A DNA stretch of 64,000 nucleotides, taken from assembly GCA_020051775.1 (NCBI GenBank), contig JAGVQJ010000069.1, positions 15,235 through 79,234 of the forward strand, read 5' to 3'. Under the pieces are notes generated by a model. It was not told where the DNA came from. It worked only from the letters and a program-made list of their open reading frames with translations, and did not search any database. Both the position numbers and the translations under genes were made by a program. Positions 39,129 to 48,556 of the stretch are shown in pieces. The number at the start of each line of letters is the position of its first letter. Position 1 is the stretch's first letter. Source of the DNA: Calditrichota bacterium (lineage in GTDB: Bacteria; Electryoneota; B3-LCP).

Positions 39129-40603
39129 GATCGCCGGAATACCTTCACGATTTCGCCGCGCGGATTTCGCAGATTAATTTCCAGCGGCATTTGCCCCGCT
39201 AAAGTATGCGTGGCACAACCGAAGCAGGGATCGTATGCGCGGAAGGCCATCTCCACCATGTTCAGAATGCCCTCAGTGACTTCCACGCCCGGTTTGATTA
39301 CCCCCTGCGCCGCTTTTTTGATGGACATGCTGATGGCGGCATTGTTGTTGGTCGTCCCTACAATCAAGTTGGCGTCGGTAACGATGCCTTTGTTATCGGT
39401 CACGTAGTGATGGTACAAAGTTCCTCGGGGAGCTTCCACCACACCCACGCCTTCATGCGGGATGTTCTTTGGGATAGTGCGAATGTCGGTGTCGCAGACG
39501 GAAGGATCTGACATCAATTCCAGGGCATGCTCGGCGGCATAAAGAAGCTCAATGACCCGCGCCCAATGAGTCGCCAGAGTTTGATGCACGGGAGTGCGGC
39601 CGGTTTTGTCGCCGGTCAGAGTTTCATAGAATTTTTCGTATTCGGCCTGTGCCAGCGGAGTAGCCATGCCCTCGGAAGCATTTAAGCGCGATAGCGGTGT
39701 AGCCCGATATACACCCGATTGCGGGCCGTCTACCAAACCCTTCCAACCGACCTGCTTTAAGTACGGATATTTCAGATAACTATACGATTCGACATGTTCG
39801 GCGATATGCTGCAAGTAGTCCTTGGCTTCGAACTTGGCGAATTCCTTGCCATCCGGCCCTACCACGCGGATCATGCCATCGTAGAAGTTCACTTTGTTGT
39901 TCTGATCCACCATACCCATATAATAGGTCTTGTGGGTATAAGCGTCAGAGAGGATCAGATCCACATAACCTTTATTGGCGATGACGATGTCGTGGAGCAC
40001 CTTAATAGTGAACTGCCCAAATTCCACAAAATCCTTGCAGTAACCAATCCACTTTTGGCGATCTTCATCCTTTAAACCGATGGTTACACCGCCCGGAATT
40101 GAGGAGACCTGGTGAATCTTCTTACCACCCAGCGCTTGAATGATCTCCTGAGCCTGCGCCCTATGCTTGATGACCCGCTTGCCGGCATCAATACCCACCT
40201 TGGCAATCAATCCCAGGATGTTGCGCTCCGCAACCGGCGCGCTCGGGCCGCAGACAAAATCTGGCCCCGCCAGGATATAGAAGTGCACGGCATGGTCGGC
40301 GGCGAAAAAGACGCTGTACAGAAGCTCGCGCAATTTCTTGGCGGTGGGAGGAATGTCCACGCCGTAAACGGCGTCGCAGGCCTTGGCGGAGGCCAGGTGG
40401 TGAGCTTCCGGACAGACTCCGCACAATCGCGTCGTGATGCGCGGCAGTTCCTCCACCGGACGTCCCTGGCAGAATTTCTCGAAGCCGCGCAATTCCGGCA
40501 CCTGGAAATACGCGTTGGCCACACTGCCATCGTCGTTAAGGAAGATATCTATCTTACCGTGACCTTCCAGTCGCGTTATGGGATCAATCTTGATCTGCTT
40601 CAT
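39125..40603 (-). CDS. [NiFe] hydrogenase large subunit, group 3 (MvhA-like)
   Basis: 492 aa. RLEGHGKIDIF, N-terminal RLCGVCPEAH (CxxC) and C-terminal DPCFGCATH Ni-Fe ligand motifs. Confidence 0.9.
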   Translation of the reverse strand: MKQIKIDPITRLEGHGKIDIFLNDDGSVANAYFQVPELRGFEKFCQGRPVEELPRITTRLCGVCPEAHHLASAKACDAVYGVDIPPTAKKLRELLYSVFFAADHAVHFYILAGPDFVCGPSAPVAERNILGLIAKVGIDAGKRVIKHRAQAQEIIQALGGKKIHQVSSIPGGVTIGLKDEDRQKWIGYCKDFVEFGQFTIKVLHDIVIANKGYVDLILSDAYTHKTYYMGMVDQNNKVNFYDGMIRVVGPDGKEFAKFEAKDYLQHIAEHVESYSYLKYPYLKQVGWKGLVDGPQSGVYRATPLSRLNASEGMATPLAQAEYEKFYETLTGDKTGRTPVHQTLATHWARVIELLYAAEHALELMSDPSVCDTDIRTIPKNIPHEGVGVVEAPRGTLYHHYVTDNKGIVTDANLIVGTTNNNAAISMSIKKAAQGVIKPGVEVTEGILNMVEMAFRAYDPCFGCATHTLAGQMPLEINLRNPRGEIVKVFRRS

Positions 40604-41586
40604 GATTGTTTCCTCACCTCCATCTGCCCGCGCCCCAATATGGACGCCGCCAGGTTAAAGCGGTAGAATGTCCCTACTGGATCGGTTAAAGTGGCCAGTA
40701 TGCTGTCAATCTCCTCCGGTTCAGAGGCGTCAATGACTGAGGACAATGCTGAAATCATCTTCGCGCCGGGATCGAGGCAGTCCGGAGGCGGCCCGTAGCA
40801 TCCTCGACAAGGGACATTGACGGCTGTGCACTTGGCTCCGCAACCGGATCGTGTCGCCGGCCCACAGCAGACGATCCCCTGATCCATAAGGCATTCTTTT
40901 GGGTTAGGAATGATTTCATGTGGGCGGACGAACTTCTTGATCTTTTTCTCCTTCCGCTCACGGCCGCATTCATCACAACAGGTTTTATCGCCGGCGCCCA
41001 GGATGGTTCCCTTGGGCGGTAACGGTTGGCCGTTTTTTAGGATGTCAATGACCGCTACGACTACGTTCAGGATTTGATCCGATTGGGGTGGGCAGCCTGG
41101 GACATAGTAATCAACATCCACAACCTGATTCAGCGGTTTCACAGTATCCCACATGGTGGGGATTTCAATCGTCCCTTCCGGCATCTTGTTGATCGGCTGC
41201 GGGAAGATGCCGCTCTCATTCACCGTGGAAGGCGATTGTTTGTAGACGTAATCCCAGATCTGCTGCTTGGTGAAGAGGTTGGCCAAGCCAGGAATGCAAC
41301 CTTCTTGAGCGCAGGATCCGAACGCCACCAACACTTTGGACTTGGCGCGCAGCAGTTTGGCCATGTGCTCGTTCTCGGAATTACGGATGGATCCATTGAA
41401 GAGGCACAGAGTGATTTCCCCATCGGGCATAGCTTCCACGTCTTTGTATTTAAAATCCATAGCCACTGGCCACAGCACGATATCGAAGAAGTCCGCGATG
41501 GTCAGGATATGCTCTTCAACGTCCACGACGGCTATTTCACAGCCGCCACAGGACGCCGCCCAATATAAGGCCAGTTTTGGTTTCAC
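40600..41586 (-). CDS. [NiFe] hydrogenase small subunit (MvhG-like) with extra C-terminal Cys-rich extension
   Basis: 328 aa. LALYWAASCGGCEIAVVD proximal-cluster motif plus further Cys clusters (GCPP, CCDECG, CCGPATRSGCGAKC). Confidence 0.8.
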   Translation of the reverse strand: MKPKLALYWAASCGGCEIAVVDVEEHILTIADFFDIVLWPVAMDFKYKDVEAMPDGEITLCLFNGSIRNSENEHMAKLLRAKSKVLVAFGSCAQEGCIPGLANLFTKQQIWDYVYKQSPSTVNESGIFPQPINKMPEGTIEIPTMWDTVKPLNQVVDVDYYVPGCPPQSDQILNVVVAVIDILKNGQPLPPKGTILGAGDKTCCDECGRERKEKKIKKFVRPHEIIPNPKECLMDQGIVCCGPATRSGCGAKCTAVNVPCRGCYGPPPDCLDPGAKMISALSSVIDASEPEEIDSILATLTDPVGTFYRFNLAASILGRGQMEVRKQS

Positions 41587-41695
41587 AGGTTATCTCCACT
41601 TATGTCATTGCGAGGAAGCCCTTCAGGGCTAACGAAGCAATCTCCTTCGGACCAGATTGCTTCACCGGCTAAAGTCGGGTTCGCAAAGACTTGTT

Positions 41696-42136
41696 TTATG
41701 CTGCGTTATAGGTGCCTTCAAGAATGCTGTCGCTGGTCAATTTCAAGGGACCCAGGGTTCGTATGGTCTGCGTGAAATCCGCTGAAAATCGAGCCCAGCG
41801 GTCGCCCTCGCTAGCGCTGACCCAGGTCAGGCGGAAGCGATCCGGATGAATGCCCAGATCGGCCAACACCCGTTTAATTAAGTGCGCTCGGCGCAGCATT
41901 TTGAAATTGCCTTCCTGATAATGGCAATCTCCGGGATGGCAGCCCGATACGATCACGCCGTCAGCGCCCGCCTGGAAAGCTTTGAACACGAAGACCGGAT
42001 CCATTCGCCCGGTGCACATCATGCGAATAACGCGAATATTGGGTGGATAGTGCAACCTGGAAGTGCCTGCCAGGTCGGCGCCGGTGTAAGAACACCAGTT
42101 GCACAGAAATCCGGCAATCTTGGGTTCCCAGCTCAT
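41696..42136 (-). CDS. mvhD: MvhD/FlpD-type hydrogenase iron-sulfur subunit
   Basis: 146 aa. FLCNWCSYTGADLAG...CTGRMDP...VSGCHPGDCHY conserved pattern. Confidence 0.85.
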   Translation of the reverse strand: MSWEPKIAGFLCNWCSYTGADLAGTSRLHYPPNIRVIRMMCTGRMDPVFVFKAFQAGADGVIVSGCHPGDCHYQEGNFKMLRRAHLIKRVLADLGIHPDRFRLTWVSASEGDRWARFSADFTQTIRTLGPLKLTSDSILEGTYNAA

Positions 42137-43938
42137 GCTTTCGCTCCTTGAGTCGGTTTGGCGAACAGTCCGTCAATTTCCGCCATGATCTGGGCGTTGG
42201 TGAAGCCTTTACCGGTGATAGCACCGGCGGGGCAAGCGGCTACACAGGTTCCGCACCCTTTGCACAGGGCGTCGTTGACGCGGGATATCTTTTTGTCCAG
42301 AACGAATTCGATGGCCCCATAAGGGCACAGGTTATTGCACATGCGGCACCCGCCGCAGAGCTCTTCGACTACCTCGGCGCGAATCGGATCCACTTCCACA
42401 TAACCACGGCTGATTAGCTGCAGGATGCGCGCCGCTGCTCCTTGTGCCTGAGCCACGCTGTCGGGAATGTCTTTAGGGCTTTGGCAGGCGCCGGCCAGGT
42501 AAATCCCATCCGTCATGGTGCTGGTGGGGTCCAGTTTGGGGTGACGTTCCAGGAAAAAACCGTCGGGGCTGCGCGATATTGAGAAGAGGCGACCCACTTC
42601 GTCGGCGTCATGCTGCGGTTCCATGGCTGCGCAAAGCACTACCATGTCCACGGGTATTTCTCGGAACTTACCGATCAAAGTGTCTTCAGCCCGAATCAGA
42701 AGCACGCCTTCATCCCGTTGCCCCCAACCGGCTTCCACGACTTCAGCCGCCTTGCCGCGAATCATGGTCACGCCTTCATCCAGCAGGCGGTGATAGAATT
42801 CTTCGTAGCCTTTCCCGAACGCGCGCATGTCAATGTAGAATTGATAGACCGCCGCCTTGGTGCGATCCTTGATTAAATGCGCCATCTTCAGAGCGTACAT
42901 GCAGCATACTCGCGAACAATACCGGTGGTGGTTCTCATCGCGGCTGCCGATGCAGTGGATGATTCCCACCGCGCGCGGTTCTTGCCCGTTCTTTAACACG
43001 ACCTGGCTGCCGGTCGGGCCGGTGGCATTCAACATGCGCTCGAATTCCAAAGCGCTGTAAACATTATCCAAGCGCCCATACCCATACTGGGCGAATTTCT
43101 TCAGGTCAATGGTCTGGAAGCCGGTTGAAATCAGGATCTGCCCCACGTCTACTTCGATCTCTTCCGGTTTTTGATTATAATTGATGGCGCCCGGTTCGCA
43201 ATATGTGGCGCAGACGCCGCAGCCGCCGGTCTGCATCTTAATGCAGGACTCCACGTCAATGACCGGCACTTTGGGGACGGATTGCAGCGTCTTGACGTAA
43301 ATGGAAGTTGTTGGCCCGGTGGGAAATTCCAGCGGCACCCCCTTTTCCGTGCGAGTGTCATCTATGACCTTGATGTACCCGGTGGGGCAAACAGCCGCGC
43401 AAGCACCGCAGGCAATGCACGTCTTGGATTCTTCATCGTATGGAGTCGCCACGCGACGTTTGATGCCGCGCCCGTCCATAGCGATGGCGCCCACACCCAC
43501 GATCTCATCGCAGACCCGAGTACACAGTCCGCATAAGATGCAGCCTTCCGTGCCCTCGCCAAAGCGTGATTTTTCCACGCCATACTGTTTGCCCAGCTCC
43601 TGCAGGAGAGGCACGTTGGAACTGCGGCCTAACAACAGCTCGATGATCATGGCGCGCACCCGACGGATGCGGTCGTTGATCGTCTCGATGACGATTCTAT
43701 CGGACACAGGGTAGTTGCAGGCAGTCACCAGGCGGCGGCGTTTGCCTTTGATTACTTCTACGCTGCATAACCGACAGGCGCCGTAGGGCTCCATCCAATC
43801 CACGTGGCATAAGGTTGGGATCTCGATACCCAGCTTATGCGCAGCTTGCAACACAGTGGAATTCTTTTCGATTTCCACCGAGCGCCCATCAATCGTCAAA
43901 TTAACCAATTTCTTATCCCCGGAAGCTTCACTTGACAT
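42133..43938 (-). CDS. Fusion protein: HydA/NuoG-type N-terminal [2Fe-2S]+[4Fe-4S] relay domain + C-terminal half of HdrA (second inserted-ferredoxin cluster, FAD domain part 2, C-terminal ferredoxin)
   Basis: 601 aa. N-terminus LVNLTIDGRSVEI...CHVDW..GACRLCSVEV, CILCGLCTRVCDE, CIACGACAAVCPTG. Then CIKMQTGGCGVCATYCEPGAI followed by HdrA hallmarks YGYGRLDNVYSALEFERML, CIGSRDENHHRYCSRVCCMYALK, DGIYLAGACQSPKDIPDSVAQA, and 2x CxxCxxCxxxCP at the C-terminus. Confidence 0.8.
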   Translation of the reverse strand: MSSEASGDKKLVNLTIDGRSVEIEKNSTVLQAAHKLGIEIPTLCHVDWMEPYGACRLCSVEVIKGKRRRLVTACNYPVSDRIVIETINDRIRRVRAMIIELLLGRSSNVPLLQELGKQYGVEKSRFGEGTEGCILCGLCTRVCDEIVGVGAIAMDGRGIKRRVATPYDEESKTCIACGACAAVCPTGYIKVIDDTRTEKGVPLEFPTGPTTSIYVKTLQSVPKVPVIDVESCIKMQTGGCGVCATYCEPGAINYNQKPEEIEVDVGQILISTGFQTIDLKKFAQYGYGRLDNVYSALEFERMLNATGPTGSQVVLKNGQEPRAVGIIHCIGSRDENHHRYCSRVCCMYALKMAHLIKDRTKAAVYQFYIDMRAFGKGYEEFYHRLLDEGVTMIRGKAAEVVEAGWGQRDEGVLLIRAEDTLIGKFREIPVDMVVLCAAMEPQHDADEVGRLFSISRSPDGFFLERHPKLDPTSTMTDGIYLAGACQSPKDIPDSVAQAQGAAARILQLISRGYVEVDPIRAEVVEELCGGCRMCNNLCPYGAIEFVLDKKISRVNDALCKGCGTCVAACPAGAITGKGFTNAQIMAEIDGLFAKPTQGAKA

Positions 43939-44008
43939 TACAATCCTCCGTACAGGTCACGGATTCAGAGGGACATCCACGGTAGTGTCCTTGCGTATCC
44001 AATAGTTA

Positions 44009-45889
44009 TCAGGCGGCTATGTCCGCGCCAATCCTCTTGGCGAAATCCTTGAACACATCAACAGCATCAACTTTGATCACTGCATGACGTTTGCAGATGG
44101 CGGCACAAGACCCGCATTTGACGCAGGTTTCAGGATTGATGCTATGCGGCTGTTTCAAATCGCCAACGATGCAGTTTTCCACTTTGCAAACGCGTTTGCA
44201 GATGGTGCAACCATTGCATTTATCTGCTTCAATAGTGTAGACAATCAGCGATCGGCAGGCTTTGCCCGGACAGCGCAGTTCCTTGATGTGAGTCTCGTAC
44301 TCATGAGCGAAATAACGGATGGTGGACATGACCGGATTAGGCGCCGATCCGCCTAAAGCACACAGGCTGGCTTCGGCGATGATCTGTGACATCTCCTCCA
44401 GCAATTGAATATCGCTGGGATGACCCAGTCCAGAGCAGATGCGGCCCAGGATGTTAGACATACTTTTCAGGCCTTCCCTGCAGGGGACGCATTTGCCACA
44501 GGATTCTCTGGATAGGAAGTCCACGTAATACTTGGCCATGTCAATCATGCAGTCAGTCTCGTCTAAGACAACCATACCGCCTGATCCCATCATGGAACCA
44601 GCCTCGGTCAGAGCATCGAAGTCCACCGGCAGGTCAAGCTGAGCTTCCGGCAGAAATCCGCCTGAGGGGCCGCCGGTCTGCACCGACTTGAACTTCTTGC
44701 CGTCCAGGATGCCGCCGCCGATATCGAAGATCATCTTGCGCAGGGTGATACCCATAGGGACTTCCACCAAACCGGTATTGGACACTTTACCGGCCAGCGA
44801 AAATACTTTAGTGCCGGTGCTTCCACCCCAGGGATTTTCAGACACATCACCGGTGCCGATGGACGCGAACCATTTTGCTCCTCGAGTCATGATGACGGGC
44901 ACATTGGCCCAGGTTTCCACGTTGTTCAACACGGTGGGTTTGTCCCACAGCCCATGCTCGACGGTGTGGATGTATTTCGCGCGGGGTTCACCCGTGCGGC
45001 CTTCGATGGAAGCCATCAACGCAGTGCTCTCCCCGCAAACGAAGGCGCCGGCGCCGCGTCGAACAGTGATATCGAAACTGAAATCCGTACCAAGAATATT
45101 TTTGCCCAGCAGACCGAATTCACGGGCTTGCTTAATGGCCGTGTGAAAGCGTTTGACGGCCAGAGGGTATTCCTTGCGTACGTAGATATAACCGTTGCTT
45201 GATCCCACTGCATAAGCGCCGATCAGCATCCCCTCGATAACCGAATGCGGGTCGCCTTCTACGATGCTGCGATCCATGAAAGCGCCGGGATCGCCTTCGT
45301 CAGCGTTGCAGATAACGTAGCGTACACCGTCTTCGCTATGCGCCTCCCGACAGGATAACCATTTAACGCCCGTGGGGAATCCGCCGCCGCCGCGCCCTCG
45401 CAATCCTGAACGATTAATCTCTTGTATGACTTCTTCCGGCTTCATAGAGGTCAGAACCCGTGCCAGCGCCTGGTAGCCGTCACGAGCGACATAATCCTCG
45501 ATCTTCTCCGGGTCAATGATGCCGCGATTACGCATGGCGATGAGCATTTGATCGCTGAAAAAGGGGATCTGGGACATCATGGGGACGACATCCTTGGTCA
45601 CCGGCTTCTTATACATCTTCTTAACCGCCGGACGCCCTTTCAATAAATGCTCTTCGGTGATGTAGGGGACATCGCCGATTTTCACCCGCGTGTAGAAGAT
45701 TTCCCCCGGCTGGACCAGCACGGTGGGGCCGCGGCCACAGAGAGCGTTGCAACCAGTAGGAACAACCAGGATTTCATCCTGTAGGTGATGCTTTTCGATC
45801 TCCTTTTGAAAAGCCTCCAACACCAGCAGGGAATCCTTCTCAACGCAGTTCTGACCGCTGCAGACCAACACGTGAAGTCTGAATGGCAT
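44009..45889 (-). CDS. NuoF-like NAD(P)H-binding flavoprotein (HydB-type, with N-terminal Trx-like [2Fe-2S] and C-terminal 2x[4Fe-4S])
   Basis: 626 aa. GLRGRGGGGFPTGVKW FMN/NADH motifs, ESCGKCVPCREG N3 cluster, C-terminal CNGCTIC..CVKCGSC ferredoxin. Confidence 0.9.
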   Translation of the reverse strand: MPFRLHVLVCSGQNCVEKDSLLVLEAFQKEIEKHHLQDEILVVPTGCNALCGRGPTVLVQPGEIFYTRVKIGDVPYITEEHLLKGRPAVKKMYKKPVTKDVVPMMSQIPFFSDQMLIAMRNRGIIDPEKIEDYVARDGYQALARVLTSMKPEEVIQEINRSGLRGRGGGGFPTGVKWLSCREAHSEDGVRYVICNADEGDPGAFMDRSIVEGDPHSVIEGMLIGAYAVGSSNGYIYVRKEYPLAVKRFHTAIKQAREFGLLGKNILGTDFSFDITVRRGAGAFVCGESTALMASIEGRTGEPRAKYIHTVEHGLWDKPTVLNNVETWANVPVIMTRGAKWFASIGTGDVSENPWGGSTGTKVFSLAGKVSNTGLVEVPMGITLRKMIFDIGGGILDGKKFKSVQTGGPSGGFLPEAQLDLPVDFDALTEAGSMMGSGGMVVLDETDCMIDMAKYYVDFLSRESCGKCVPCREGLKSMSNILGRICSGLGHPSDIQLLEEMSQIIAEASLCALGGSAPNPVMSTIRYFAHEYETHIKELRCPGKACRSLIVYTIEADKCNGCTICKRVCKVENCIVGDLKQPHSINPETCVKCGSCAAICKRHAVIKVDAVDVFKDFAKRIGADIAA

Positions 45890-45894
45890 GACTT

Positions 45895-46281
45895 CTATCC
45901 TCTCCGTTCGCTGCCGATCGCCAGCGCGAACTCCATGATGGGTTTGCCCGCCAACAGATGCTCGCCGAAAATTTTGCGGGTCTTCTCAGGCGTTAGATCA
46001 ATGTACTTTACCGGCGTTTCATCCGCCAACTCGACGGTGGCCATCGGTTCGTGGCTGCATAATCCTCCGCAACCGCTGGTAGTCACCAGGATATCGCCCA
46101 CGCCAGCCTTCTCCACTTCTTCTAAGACCGTCTTCATAATATCGCGAGCGCCGGCGGCAATGCCGCACGTGCCCATGTGCACGGTGATCCGGGCGCGGTG
46201 CTCGCCGCCTTCGCGCAGGGCGATGTGCTTGCGAGCGTCATCCCGCATTTTCGCCAGATCTTGAATCGTCAACTTAGGCAT
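45895..46281 (-). CDS. Thioredoxin-like [2Fe-2S] ferredoxin
   Basis: 128 aa. MGTCGIAAGA...SGCGGLCSHEP pattern. Confidence 0.7.
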   Translation of the reverse strand: MPKLTIQDLAKMRDDARKHIALREGGEHRARITVHMGTCGIAAGARDIMKTVLEEVEKAGVGDILVTTSGCGGLCSHEPMATVELADETPVKYIDLTPEKTRKIFGEHLLAGKPIMEFALAIGSERRG

Positions 46282-46396
46282 GATAGATCCTCTTGCTGTT
46301 CGTGCCGGGGTCGGTAATGACCCCGACTACAAAATCAGTGGATGACGTGATTTAATTCCGTAGTCAAGGTTGTCCCTGACCTTGACATGCTGCACT

Positions 46397-46915
46397 TTAA
46401 TCATCCCGTTCCTTGGGATGATGCTTTTCCGCTTCGGCGCGGCCTCGCAGTTCTTCGATTAACCTCGGAATCCGCTCCTGAGTTATCCGACCGATAACTT
46501 CCTCGCCGTTTATGATCATCACCGGAGCCAGACCACAAACACCCAGACAGGCCGCTGTCTCAAGACCGAAAAGCTTGTCCTCGGACACCTCGCCGACCTT
46601 CATCTTCAGCTCCTCCTCAAGCCTGTCAATAATCAGCGGCGATTGCTTGACATAGCAGAGCGTACCGTTGCACATGAGCATGTTGTACTTGGCCACGCCC
46701 CTGGGCTTGGTGCTGAAGGCGTTGTAGAAGGTGGCAATCTCCAGGATTTTGGGAACCGAAACCTTCAGATCCCCGGAAACTTCTTCCAAGATCTCCCGGG
46801 GCAAGTAATTATAATCCGATTGAACGTCGTGGAGCATTTCGATTAAGCATTCCTGCTTATGCTCCCAACGATCGAGAACTTCTTGTGCTGTTACCGGCAT
46901 ATCCTCAACCTCCAC
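46397..46915 (-). CDS. NuoE-like [2Fe-2S] subunit (HydC-type)
   Basis: 172 aa. ...MLMCNGTLCYVKQS...AACLGVCGLAPVMIING matches the NuoE/HndA fold. Confidence 0.85.
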   Translation of the reverse strand: MEVEDMPVTAQEVLDRWEHKQECLIEMLHDVQSDYNYLPREILEEVSGDLKVSVPKILEIATFYNAFSTKPRGVAKYNMLMCNGTLCYVKQSPLIIDRLEEELKMKVGEVSEDKLFGLETAACLGVCGLAPVMIINGEEVIGRITQERIPRLIEELRGRAEAEKHHPKERDD

Positions 46916-46918
46916 CAG

Positions 46919-47461
46919 TTATCGTAAACCGGCTTCGCCTTGCGCCAGGGATTCTTTCAAGGCGCGAATACCGGCTGCCGAACTTAGGCTGGTATGATTT
47001 AATTTTTCTTTAAATTCCCAGGTGGTGAAAATATATTCTCTGTTTTCCACCACATGGCTAAACCGAAATTCGACCTTTGGATTGCCTATGACCAGTGTGG
47101 TGATCGTCGCTCTCAAATCACCCAGCGGTCTACGGTCTATATGGTGGTATCCCATAGTGGCCGTGATTCGGGTTCCTGCTCCGAGAATTGATTCGATCTG
47201 CAAATCCCCGCCCGATATTTGCGCTGATTCCGCCAGAAAGGGCAGACCTAATCCGACCTGCTTAATCTTCTTCTTCGTGGTCATGAAGGGATCCCTGGCC
47301 GCTTGGAGGGTTGCTTCATCCATGCCCTTGCCGTCGTCGGTAATTTCGATGATCAAGCGGTCAGCAACAGGATCTTCCACCACCCTGATTTCCAATACCG
47401 TTGCCCCTGCCGTTACAGAATTCTCGGCAACGTCCAATATATGAAGGGAAAGATCATTCAT
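46919..47461 (-). CDS. Histidine-kinase-like ATPase domain protein (HATPase_c only)
   Basis: 180 aa. IIEITDDGKGMDE...GLGLPFL...GAGTRITA G-box motifs; no HisKA or sensor domain. Confidence 0.7.
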   Translation of the reverse strand: MNDLSLHILDVAENSVTAGATVLEIRVVEDPVADRLIIEITDDGKGMDEATLQAARDPFMTTKKKIKQVGLGLPFLAESAQISGGDLQIESILGAGTRITATMGYHHIDRRPLGDLRATITTLVIGNPKVEFRFSHVVENREYIFTTWEFKEKLNHTSLSSAAGIRALKESLAQGEAGLR

Positions 47462-48183
47462 TATTTACTTAGCGCGGCTTTTAATCCTTCAAATGAAATT
47501 TCATTCGTCTCCAATTCCGTCACGCCCCGCCCAATGGCCTCCAGCTCATGCGCATCCGAAGAACACACAAAGGGAAATGACTCATATTCCGGAAAGGTTT
47601 CTCGTGCCTTGGCTACGCTAAAATTCCAACTAATTTCCAGAGCGTCCAGCTTCAGGTCCGGCGGAATGAAACCCAACTGCGTTATGATGCCGAATCCTTC
47701 CCGGTCTATATGCGCTGCGACTGCCAACCCCTCCGCGCGGTGGATCACTCGCACGATATCCTCGAGGCTCAGCGTCGTTGCCCCAATCAACAGACGCTGG
47801 GAGAAATCTGTTATGTTATCCTTTTCGTCTGCCACGATCTGCATGCCGAAGCGTTCGGGATCGTTTTGGCCGGGTAGAGCGCCGTAGACCTTGGCTTGCA
47901 CTTCCAGTGCAGCTTCCACCGCTGGAAACCACCCCAGGATGTGCACTTCCTCTCGGCTGGTGATTTCCATTCCGGGGATGACCAACACACCGGTCTTGCG
48001 CCCTGCCTTTACGGCGGCCCAGGTGTTCTCGGCGCTATTGTGATCACACACCGCAATCACTTTTAAATCTTTTTGAGCAGACGCCTGAACAATCGCCTTG
48101 GGTGACATGAGCAAGTCAGCGCAGGGTGACAGGCACGTGTGAATGTGCAGGTCAGCTCGGATGCGCTTCAGCACGGTTGGCAT
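47461..48183 (-). CDS. PHP-domain metal-dependent phosphoesterase
   Basis: 240 aa. DLHIHTCLSPCADL...VIAVCDHNS His/Asp motifs of the PHP family. Confidence 0.75.
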   Translation of the reverse strand: MPTVLKRIRADLHIHTCLSPCADLLMSPKAIVQASAQKDLKVIAVCDHNSAENTWAAVKAGRKTGVLVIPGMEITSREEVHILGWFPAVEAALEVQAKVYGALPGQNDPERFGMQIVADEKDNITDFSQRLLIGATTLSLEDIVRVIHRAEGLAVAAHIDREGFGIITQLGFIPPDLKLDALEISWNFSVAKARETFPEYESFPFVCSSDAHELEAIGRGVTELETNEISFEGLKAALSK

Positions 48184-48520
48184 TTGTCGCCAGCAACCGG
48201 TTTAACCTGAAGGCCAGCTCGAAAGCGGACAGCGGGCTACCCAAGAGCGGAATCTTTTCCGCCTCGGCCTTTTGTAGAGTCTCAGGTAGTGGCTCTCGAC
48301 CATTGGCTAATAGGATTGCAGTAAGCTCTTTTAGACTGGCCACTGCAGCGATGTTGGGATGTGCCTGGATCGTGATCCATATTTCACCCGCTCGGGTATT
48401 GGCCATCACATCGGAGAGCAGATCCCCGCAGTATCCACCCACGACGGGTCGCTCGGTCAGCTCCTTGCAACAAAAGACCTTCAGTTCCAATGAGCCGATG
48501 ATTTGTTTCAGCATAGTCAT
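48152..48520 (-). CDS. DRTGG-domain protein
   Basis: 122 aa. Similar to the second DRTGG-like ORF at 50295-50654 (GDLLSDVMA vs ADLMSDVLA; IPLLGSPLSAFE vs IPLLCTSLGMFE). Confidence 0.6.
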   Translation of the reverse strand: MTMLKQIIGSLELKVFCCKELTERPVVGGYCGDLLSDVMANTRAGEIWITIQAHPNIAAVASLKELTAILLANGREPLPETLQKAEAEKIPLLGSPLSAFELAFRLNRLLATNANRAEAHPS

Positions 48521-48556
48521 AGTAGACTCATCCCATTCGTATAATCCAAGTGTAAC